Below are positions 1 through 12,190 of a stretch of DNA of 64,000 bases, one piece after another (within the stretch, counting starts at the first letter, position 1; each line of letters begins with the position of its first letter). The position numbers and the translations under genes are program-made. Under the pieces are notes generated by a model, which had not been told where the DNA came from, made no database searches, and saw nothing but the letters and a program-made list of their open reading frames with translations. The DNA comes from the human T2T-CHM13v2.0 reference genome, Homo sapiens. The DNA lies in the NCBI RefSeq assembly GCF_009914755.1, contig NC_060940.1. One strand, written 5' to 3'.

Positions 1-3000
1 TCCATTCTGTGATGATTCCATGTGATTGCATTCAATGATGATTCCTTTCGATTGCATTCGATTATGATTCATTTCGTGTTCATTCTATGGTTCCACAGGT
101 TTCCATTCGTGTCCATTCCATTATTCCATTCTATTCCATTTGATGATGATTCCATTCGATTCCATTCATTGGTGATTCCACTCAATTCCATTCAATGATT
201 CCATTCCATTTCTTTCAACAATGATTCCATTAGTTTCTAATCGATGATCCACTTGATTCCATTTGACGACGATTCCATTCTTGTCCATTCGATGATTCCA
301 TTTGATTCCATATGATGATGATTCCATTCGATTCCATACCATGATGATTCCATTCGAGTCCATTCAATGGTGATTCCATTCAATTCCATTCGATGATTCC
401 TTTCGATTCCATTCGATGATGATGGCATTCGATTCCTTTCAATCATTCCCTTTGATTCCATTCCAAGGTGATTTCATTCAAGTCCATTCGATAATTGCAT
501 TCGATTCCATTCTATGATGATTCCATTCGAGTCCATTTGATGATTCCATTCAATTCAAGTCAATGATGATTCCATTCGATTCCATTCGATGATTCCATTG
601 GATTCCATTCGATGATGATTCCATTCAAATCCATTCGATAATTCAATTCAAGTCCATTCGATGATGATTCCAATCGAATCCATTCAAAGATTCCATTCAG
701 TTCCATTCGATGATTCCCTTAGATTCCATTCGATGATTCCACTTGATTGCATTTACGATGATTCCATTCGATTCCATGTGATGATTCCATTCAATTCTAT
801 TCAATGATGTCTCCATTTGATTCCATTCGACCATGATTGCCTTTGATTCCATTCAATGATTCCATTCGGTTCCGTTTGATGATGATTCCGTTCGATTCCA
901 TTTGATGATTCCATTTGATTCCATTGGATGAGTCCATTCGATTACATTCGATGATTATTCCATTCGAGTGCATTAGATGATTCCATTCGAGTCCATTCGA
1001 TGATTCCATTCGATTCCATTCGATGTTGATTCTGTTCAAATCCATTCGATGATTCCACTCGATTCCATTCGTTGACTCCATTTGATCCCATTCGATGATT
1101 TCCTTTGATTCCCTTTGATGATCATTCCATTTGATTCAATTCGGTGATTTCATTTGATTCCATTCAGTGATGTTTCCACTCGACTCCATTCGATGATGAT
1201 TCCATTCGACTCCATTCGATTATGATTTCATTCAATTCCATTCGATAATGATTCCCTTCGAGTCCATTCGATGATTCCATTCGATTCCATTCAACGATGA
1301 TTTGATTCGTGTCCATTCGATGATTCCATTTGATTCCACTTGATGATGATTCCATTCGAGTCCATTTGATGATTCCATTCAATTCCATACTCCGATGATT
1401 TCTTTTGAGCCCACTCAATGCTTCCACTCGATTCCATATGATGATGACTCCATTCGATGAAATTCGATGATGATTCCATTCGCTTGCTTTCGATGATGAT
1501 TCCAGTTGAGTCCGTTAGAAGATTCTATTCAATTACATTCCATGACGATTCCGTTCGAGTCCATTTGATGATTCCATTAGACTCCATTCGACGATGATTC
1601 CATTCGATGTTATTCGATGATTCCATTCGATCTCATTCGATGATGATTCCATTCAACTCCATTCGATGTTTCCATTCGAGTTCATTCTATTATTCCATTA
1701 GATTCCATTCGATGATGATTCCATTCGATTCCATTTGATGATTGCATTCTATTTCATTTGATGATGATTCCATTCGAGTCCACTCGATGATTCCATTCGA
1801 GTCCATTTAATGAATCCATTGGTTTCAATTCTATGATGATTACATTGGATTCCATTCGTTGATGATTTCATTCGGTCCCATTCAATGATGATTCCATTCA
1901 ATTCCTTTCAATGTTTCCATTCAATTCCATACGATGATGATTCCATTTGATTTGATTCGACAGTGAGCCATTCGATTCAATTCCATGATGATTCTATTTG
2001 ATTCAATTGGTTGACATTTCCATTCGATTCCATTCGATGATGATTCCCTTTGATTCCGTTCAAAGATGATTCCATTCTAGCCCATTCAATCATTCCATTC
2101 GATTCTATTCAATGATGATTCCATTCATGTCGATTTGGTGATTCCATTTGACTTCATTTGATGATGATTCCTTTCAAGTTCATTAGATGATTCCATTCGA
2201 TTCCATTTGATGATGATCCCATTCGAGTCCATTCAGTGATTCCATTCGTTTCCATTCCATGATGATTCCATTCCTTTCCATTCAATGATTCCATTCGATT
2301 CCGTTTGATGATGATTTCATTCGAGTCCATTTGATGATTCCATTTGATTCCATTCGATGATGATTCCATTCGAGTCCATTCGATGATTCTATTCGAATCC
2401 ATTTGATGATTTCTTTTGATTATATTTGGTGATTATTCCATTGGAGTCCATTCAATGATTCCATTCTATTCCAATCGATGATGATTCCATTAGAGTCCAT
2501 TTAATGATTCCATTTGATTCCAGTCTCTGATGATTACATTCGAGTCCATACGATGATTCCACTCAATTCCATATGATGATGATTCCATTTGATTCCATTC
2601 GGTGATTCCGTTCTATTCTATTCAATGGTGATTCCATTCGAGTACATTAGATGATTCCATTCGATTCCATTCAATGATGATTCTATTTGTGTCCCTTAGA
2701 TGATTCCACATGATTCCATTAGATGATGATACTATTTGAGCCCATCCAATGATTCCCTTCGATTCCATTCGATGAGGATTCCATTCGATTCATTTCATTG
2801 GTGATTCTATTCAATTCAATTCTTTGATTCCATTCCATTCCATTCGACAATGATTCCATTCGATTTCTTTCGATGATTCCACTCGATTCCACTTGACATT
2901 GATTCCATTCGATTCCATTCAATGATTCCATTTGATTCCAGTGGATGATGATTGCCATCGATTCCATTCGATCACTCCATTCTATTCCATTTGATGATGA

Positions 3001-6000
3001 TTACATTCGATTCCATTTGATGATTCCATCTGATTCTATTCGAGGATTCCATTTGATTCCATTCGATGATGATTCCATTCGAGTCCATTCGATGATTTCA
3101 TTCGAGTACATCCAATGATTCCATTCGAGTCCATTAGATGATTCCATTTGATTCCATTTGAAAATGATTCTACTAGAGTCCATTCAATGACTCCATTCGA
3201 GTCCATTCAACAATTCCATTCGACTCCATTCGATGATTCCATTCGATTCCATTTGATGGTTCCATTCGAGTCCATTTAATCATTACAGTCGAGTCCATTT
3301 GGTGATTCCACTGGATTTCTTTTGATAATGATACCATTCAATTACATTTGATGATGATCCCATTCAATTTCATTTGATGATGATTCCATTAGAGTCCATT
3401 CGATGATTTCATTCGAGTCCCTTCATTGATTCCATCCGATTTCATTGGATGATGACTCCATTCGAGTCCATTCGATGATTCCACTCGATTCCATTAGATG
3501 ACTCCATTGGAGTCCATTTGATTGTTCCATTCGATTCCATTCGATTCCTTTCGAAGATTATTCCATTTGAGTCCATTCGATGATGATTCCATTCCATTCC
3601 ATTCGATGATTCCGTTTGATTCCATTCGATGATTCCCTTCGATTCCTTTCTTTGATGATTCCATTCCATTCCATTCAATGATTCCATTCGAATCTATTCC
3701 ATGATGATTCCTTTCGATTCCATTCGCTGATGTTTCCGTTCAATTCCATTCGATGATGATTCCATTCGATTCCATTCATTGAGGATTCCATTTGATTCCA
3801 TTCAATGATGATTCCATTCTATTCCATTCAATGATTGCATTCAATTCCATTCAATGATTATCCCATTAGAGTAAACTCAACGATTCCATTCAATACCATT
3901 CGATGATGATTCCTTTTGAGTCCATTCAATGATTTCATTCAAGTCCATTTGATGATTCCTTTCAATTCCATTCTATGATGATTCCATTCGAGTCCATTCG
4001 ATGATTCCATTCGATTGCATTCGATGATTCCATTATATTCCATTCAACGGTGATTCCATTCGAGTCCATTCCATGATTCCATTAGAGTACATTTAATGAT
4101 TGCTTTGTTTTCAATTCGAAGATGATTACATTGGATTCCATTCTATGATACCATTCGATTCCATTCAATGATGATTCCACTCAAATCCATTGGATGATTC
4201 CATTCGTGTCCATTCGGTGATTTCATTAGATTCCATTCGAGGATGATTCCATTCGATTCCATTCGATGATTCCATTCAATTCCATTCGATGATGATTCCA
4301 TTCCAGTCCATATGATCATTCCATTTGATTTCATTCGATGATGATTCCATTCGATTCCATTCGACGATTCCATTCTATTCCATTCGATGATGATTCCATT
4401 CGAGTCCATTCGATGATTCCATTCGAGTCCATTTAATGATTCCATTGGGTTCAATTCAATGATGATTACATTGGATTCCGTTCTATGATTCCATTCAATT
4501 CCGTTCATTGACAATTTGATTCCATTCGATGATGATTCCATTTGAGTTCATTCGATGATTCTATTCGATTCTCTTCGATGGTGATTCAATTCTATTATAT
4601 TGGATGATTCCATTCGATTCCATTTGATGTTGATTCAATTCGATTCTATTCGATGATGATTCCATTGGATTTCACTTGATGATTCTATTCGATTCCATTC
4701 AATGATGATTCACTTCTCGTCCATTGGATGATTCCATTTCATTCCATTCGATGATGATTCCATTCGATTCCATTCGATGATTCCATTTGATTCCATGCGA
4801 CGGTGAGCAATTCGATTCAATTCCATGATGATTCTATTTGATTCAATTAGATGATGTTTCCATTCGAATCCATTCCATGATTATTCCATTGGAATCCATT
4901 CGGCGATGATTCCATATGAGTCAATTCAATGATGATTCCATATGGGTCCGTTCGATGATAATTCCATTTGATTTCATTCGATGCTTCTATTCTATTCCAG
5001 TCGATGATGATTCCGTTGGAGTCCATACGATGATTCCATTTGATTTCATTTGATGATGATTCCATTCGATGATGATTACATTGGATTCCATTCTATGATT
5101 CCATTCAATTCCATTCGTTGATGATTCGATTCCATTCAATGATGATTCCATTTGAGTTCATTCGATGATTCTATTCGATTCCGTTCGATGGTGATTCAAT
5201 TCTATTATATTGGATGATTCCACTCGATTCCATTTGATGATTATTCCATTGGAGTCCACTTAGTGAATCCTTTAGATTCTACTCGACGATGATTCCATTC
5301 GAGTCCATTCGATGATACCATTCAATTCCATTCGTTGATGCTTCCATTCAAGTGCATTCGATGATATCATTCGATTCCATTTGATGATAATTCCATTTGA
5401 TTCCATGCGATGATTCTATTCGATTCCATTCAATGATAATTCCATTCAATTCAGTGATTCCTCTGGACTCCATTTGATGATGATTCCATTCAATGATTCC
5501 ATTCGATTCTATTCGAAAATGATTCCATTTGAATCCATTTGATGATGATTCCATTAGATTCCATTTGATGATTCCATTCGATTCCATTCGACGATGATTC
5601 CATTCGATTCCGTTTGATGATTCCATTCTATTCTATTCGATGATGATTCCATTCGATTCCATTCGATGATGATTGGATTCGATTCCATTTGATGATTTCA
5701 TTTGATTCCATTCGTTAATGATTTCGATCAATTCCATTCGATGATTCCATTCGATTCCATTCGATAATGATTACATCCGAGTCCATTCGATGATTCCCTT
5801 TGAGCCTGTTCGATAATTCCATTTGAGTCCAACCAATGATTCCATTCATTTCCATTCAATGATTCCATTCGAGTCCATTTGATCATTCCGGTAGGGTCCA
5901 TTCGATGTTGATTCCATTGGAGTGCATTCGATGATTCCATTCGAGTCCATTTTAGGATTTGATTCGAGTCCTTTCGATGATTCCATTCGATTCCACTCGA

Positions 6001-6112
6001 TGATGATTTCATTCGAGTCCATTCGACACTTCCAATCGATTCCATTTGATGATTCCATTCGAGTCCAATTGATGATTCCATTCAATTCCATTCGATGATG
6101 ATTCCGTACGAT
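1..6112 (+). repeat. HSat2 monomer 1 (6112 bp, reference length; phase set arbitrarily at window start)
   Basis: TCCATTCTGTGATGATTCCATGTGATTGC at position 1 recurs at 6113; ORF 166..363 recurs at 6278..6475 (+6112). Confidence 0.93.
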
Positions 6113-9100
6113 TCCATTCTGTGATGATTCCATGTGATTGCATTCAATGATGATTCCTTTCGATTGCATTCGATTATGATTCATTTCGTGTTCATTCTAT
6201 GGTTCCACAGGTTTCCATTCGTGTCCATTCCATTATTCCATTCTATTCCATTTGATGATGATTCCATTCGATTCCATTCATTGGTGATTCCACTCAATTC
6301 CATTCAATGATTCCATTCCATTTCTTTCAACAATGATTCCATTAGTTTCTAATCGATGATCCACTTGATTCCATTTGACGACGATTCCATTCTTGTCCAT
6401 TCGATGATTCCATTTGATTCCATATGATGATGATTCCATTCGATTCCATACCATGATGATTCCATTCGAGTCCATTCAATGGTGATTCCATTCAATTCCA
6501 TTCGATGATTCCTTTTGATTCCATTCGATGATGATGGCATTCGATTCCTTTCAATCATTCCCTTTGATTCCATTCAAAGGTGATTTCATTCAAGTCCATT
6601 CGATAATTGCATTCGATTCCATTCTATGATGATTCCATTCGAGTCCATTTGATGATTCCATTCAATTCAAGTCAATGATGATTCCATTCGATTCCATTCG
6701 ATGATTCCATTGGATTCCATTCGATGATGATTCCATTCAAATCCATTCGATAATTCAATTCAAGTCCATTCGATGATGATTCCAATCGAATCCATTCAAA
6801 GATTCCATTCAGTTCCATTCGATGATTCCCTTAGATTCCATTCGATGATTCCACTTGATTGCATTTACGATGATTCCATTCGATTCCATGTGATGATTCC
6901 ATTCAATTCTATTCAATGATGTCTCCATTTGATTCCATTCGACCATGATTGCCTTTGATTCCATTCAATGATTCCATTCGGTTCCGTTTGATGATGATTC
7001 CGTTCGATTCCATTTGATGATTCCATTTGATTCCATTGGATGAGTCCATTCGATTACATTCGATGATTATTCCATTCGAGTGCATTAGATGATTCCATTC
7101 GAGTCCATTCGATGATTCCATTCGATTCCATTCGATGTTGATTCTGTTCAAATCCATTCGATGATTCCACTCGATTCCATTCGTTGACTCCATTTGATCC
7201 CATTCGATGATTTCCTTTGATTCCCTTTGATGATCATTCCATTTGATTCAATTCGGTGATTTCATTTGATTCCATTCAGTGATGTTTCCATTCGACTCCA
7301 TTCGATGATGATTCCATTCGACTCCATTCGATTATGATTTCATTCAATTCCATTCGATAATGATTCCCTTCGAGTCCATTCGATGATTCCATTCGATTCC
7401 ATTCAACGATGATTTGATTCGTGTCCATTCGATGATTCCATTTGATTCCACTTGATGATGATTCCATTCGAGTCCATTTGATGATTCCATTCAATTCCAT
7501 ACTCCGATGATTTCTTTTGAGCCCACTCAATGCTTCCACTCGATTCCATATGATGATGACTCCATTCGATGAAATTCGATGATGATTCCATTCGCTTGCT
7601 TTCGATGATGATTCCACTTGAGTCCGTTAGAAGATTCTATTCAATTACATTCCATGACGATTCCGTTCGAGTCCATTTGATGATTCCATTAGACTCCATT
7701 CGACGATGATTCCATTCGATGTTATTCGATGATTCCATTCGATCTCATTCGATGATGATTCCATTAAACTCCATTCGATGTTTCCATTCGAGTTCATTCT
7801 ATTATTCCATTAGATTCCATTCGATGATGATTCCATTCGATTCCATTTGATGATTGCATTCTATTTCATTTGATGATGATTCCATTCGAGTCCACTCGAT
7901 GATTCCATTCGAGTCCATTTAATGAATCCATTGGTTTCAATTCTATGATGATTACATTGGATTCCATTCGTTGATGATTTCATTCGGTTCCATTCAATGA
8001 TGATTCCATTCAATTCCTTTCAATGTTTCCATTCAATTCCATACGATGATGATTCCATTTGATTTGATTCGACAGTGAGCCATTCGATTCAATTTCATGA
8101 TGATTCTATTTATTCAATTGGTTGACATTTCCATTCGATTCCATTCGATGATGATTCCCTTTGATTCCATTCAAAGATGATTCCATTCTAGCCCATTCAA
8201 TCATTCCATTCGATTCTATTCAATGATGATTCCATTCATGTCGATTTGGTGATTCCATTTGACTTCATTTGATGATGATTCCTTTCAAGTTCATTAGATG
8301 ATTCCATTCGATTCCATTTGATGATGATCCCATTCGAGTCCATTCAGTGATTCCACTCGTTTCCATTCCATGATGATTCCATTCCATTCCATTCAATGAT
8401 TCCATTCGATTCCGATGGATGATGATTTCATTCGAGTCCATTTGATGATTCCATTTGATTCCATTCGATGATGATTCCATTCGAGTCCATTCGATGATTC
8501 TATTCGAATCCATTTGATGATTTCTTTTGATTATAGTTGGTGATGATTCCATTGGAGTCCATTCAATGATTCCATTCGATTCCAATCGATGGTGATTCCA
8601 TTAGAGTCCATTTAATGATTCCATTTGATTCCAGTCTCTGATGATTACATTCGAGTCCATACGATGATTCCACTCAATTCCATATGATGATGATTCCATT
8701 CGATTCCATTCGGTGATTCCATTCTATTCTATTCAGTGGTGATTCCATTCGAGTACATTAGATGATTCCATTCGATTCCATTCAATGATGATTCTATTTG
8801 TGTCCCTTAGATGATTCCACATGATTCCATTAGATGATGATACTATTTGAGCCCATCCAATGATTCCCTTCGATTCCATTCGATGAGGATTCCATTCGAT
8901 TCAATTCATTGGTGATTCTATTCAATTCAATTCTTTGATTCCATTCCATTCCATTCGACAATGATTCCATTCGATTTCTTTCGATGATTCCACTCGATTC
9001 CACTTGACATTGATTCCCTTCGATTCCATTCAATGATTCCATTTGATTCCAGTGGATGATGATTGCCATCGATTCCATTCGATCACTCCATTCTATTCCA

Positions 9101-12100
9101 TTTGATGATGATTACATTCGATTCCATTTGACGATTCCATCTGATTCTATTCGAGGATTCCATTTGATTCCATTCGATGATGATTCCATTCGAGTCCATT
9201 CGATGATTTCATTCGAGTACATCCAATGATTCCATTCGAGTCCATTTGATGATTCCATTTGATTCCATTTGATTATGATTCTACTAGAGTCCATTCAATG
9301 ACTCCATTCGAGTCCATTCAACAATTCCATTCGACTCCATTCGATGATTCCATTCGATTCCATTTGATGATTCCATTCGAGTCCATTTAATCATTACAGT
9401 CGAGTCCATTTGGTGATTCCGCTGGATTTCCTTTGATAATGATACCATTCGATTACATTTGATGATGATCCCATTCAATTTCATTTGATGATGATTCCAT
9501 TAGAGTCCATTCGATGATTTTATTCGAGTCCCTTCATTGATTCCATCCGATTTCATTGGATGATGACTCCATTCGAGTCCATTCGATGATTCCACTCGAT
9601 TCCATTAGATGATTCCATTGGAGTCCATTTGATTGTTCCATTCGATTCCATTCGATTCCTTTCGAAGATTATTCCATTTGAGTCCATTCGATGATGATTC
9701 CATTCCATTCCATTCGATGATTCCGTTTGATTCCATTCGATGATTCCCTTCGATTCCTTTCTTTGATGATTCCATTCCATTCCATTCAATGATTCCATTC
9801 GAATCTATTCCATGATGATTCCTTTCGATTCCATTCGCTGATGTTTCCGTTCAATTCCATTCGATGATGATTCCATTCGATTCCATTCATTGAGGATTCC
9901 ATTTGATTCCATTCAATGATGATTCCATTCTATTCCATTCAATGATTGCATTCAATTCCATTCAATGATTATCCCATTAGAGTAAACTCAACGATTCCAT
10001 TCAATACCATTCGATGATGATTCCTTTTGAGTCCATTCAATGATTTCATTCAAGTCCATTTGATGATTCCTTTCAATTCCATTCTATGATGATTCCATTC
10101 GAGTCCATTCGATGATTCCATTCGATTGCATTCGATGATTCCATTATATTCCATTCAACGATGATTCCATTCGAGTCCATTCGATGATTCCATTAGAGTA
10201 CATTTAATGATTGCTTTGTTTTCAATTCGAAGATGATTACATTCGATTCCATTCTATGATACCATTCGTTTCCATTCAATGATGACTCCACTCAAATCCA
10301 TTGGATGATTCCATTCGTGTCCATTCGGTGATTTCATTAGATTCCATTCGAGGATGATTCCATTCGATTCCATTCGATGATTCCATTCAATTCCATTCGA
10401 TGATGATTCCATTCGAGTCCATATGATCATTCCATTTGATTTCATTCGATGATGATTCCATTCGATTCCATTCGACGATTCCATTCTATTCCATTCGATG
10501 ATGATTCCATTCGAGTCCATTCGATGATTCCATTCGAGTCCATTTAATGATTCCATTGGGTTCAATTCAATGATGATTACATTGGATTCCGTTCTATGAT
10601 TCCATTCAATTCCGTTCATTGACAATTTGATTCCATTCGATGATGATTCCATTTGAGTTCATTCGATGATTCTATTCGATTCTCTTCGATGGTGATTCAA
10701 TTCTATTATATTGGATGATTCCATTTGATGTTGATTCAATTCGATTCTATTCGATGATGATTCCATTGGATTTCACTTGATGATTCTATTCGATTCCATT
10801 CAATGATGATTCACTTCTCGTCCATTGGATGATTCCATTTCATTCCATTCGATGATGATTCCATTCGATTCCATTCGATGATTCCATTTGATTCCATGCG
10901 ACGGTGAGCAATTCGATTCAATTCCATGATGATTCTATTTGATTCAATTAGATGATGTTTCCATTCGAATCCATTCCATGATTATTCCATTGGAATCCAT
11001 TCGGCGATGATTCCATATGAGACAATTCAATGATGATTCCATATGAGTCAATTCAATGATGATTCCATATGGGTCCGTTCGATGATAATTCCATTTGATT
11101 TCATTCGATGCTTCTATTCAATTCCAGTCGATGATGATTCCGTTGGAGTCCATACGATGATTCCATTTGATTTCATTTCATGATGATTCCATTCGGTGAC
11201 GATTACATTGGATTCCATTCTATGATTCCATTCAATTCCATTCGTTGATGATTCGATTCCATTCAATGATGATTCCATTTGAGTTCATTCGGTGATTCTA
11301 TTCGATTCCATTCTATGGTGATTCAATTCTCTTATATTGGATGATTCGACTCGATTCCATTTGATGATTATTCCATTGGAGTCCACTTAGTGAATCCTTT
11401 AGATTCTACTCGAAGATGATTCCATTCGAGTCCATTCGATGATACCATTCAATTCCATTCGTTGATGCTTCCATTCAAGTGCATTCGATGATATCATTCG
11501 ATTCCATTTGATGATAATTCCATTTGATTCCATGCGATGATTCTATTCGATTCCATTCAATGATAATTCCATTCAATTCAGTGATTCCTCTGGACTCCAT
11601 TTGATGATGATTCCATTCAATGATTCCATTCGATTCTATTCGAAAATGATTACATTTGAATCCATTTGATGACGATTCCATTCCATTCCATTTGATGATT
11701 CCATACTATTCTATTCGATGATGATTCCATTCGATTCCATTCGATGATGATTGGATTCGATTCCATTTGATGATTTCATTTGATTCCATTCGTTAATGAT
11801 TTCGATCAATTCCATTCGATGATTCCATTCGATTCCATTCGATAATGATTACATCCGAGTCCATTCGATGATTCCATTTGAGCCTGTTCGATAATTCCAT
11901 TTGAGTCCAACCAATGATTCCATTCATTTCCATTCAATGATTCCATTCGAGTCCATTTGATCATTCCGGTAGGGTCCATTCGATGTTGATTCCATTGGAG
12001 TGCATTCGATGATTCCATTCGAGTCCATTTTAGGATTTGATTCGAGTCCTTTCGATGATTCCATTCGATTCCACTCGATGATGATTTCATTCGAGTCCAT

Positions 12101-12190
12101 TCGACACTTCCAATCGATTCCATTTGATGATTCCATTCGAGTCCTATTGATGATTCCATTCAATTCCATTCGATGATGATTCCGTACGAT
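6113..12190 (+). repeat. HSat2 monomer 2 (6078 bp)
   Basis: Landmark recurs at 12191. Length = 6112 -1 (~8111) -10 (~10720) +26 (11006-11057 duplication) -49 (~11670-11700). Confidence 0.93.

Noticed and set aside
4591-4601. TATA-like CTATTATATT sequence
   Set aside because: It is derivable from CATTC/GATTC decamers by point mutation, and no other promoter evidence is present.
5670-5680. TGATTGGATTC as a DUX4 or CCAAT-box element
   Set aside because: The reverse complement GAATCCAATCA lacks the first T of the TAA half-site, and a lone CCAAT in satellite DNA has no promoter context.
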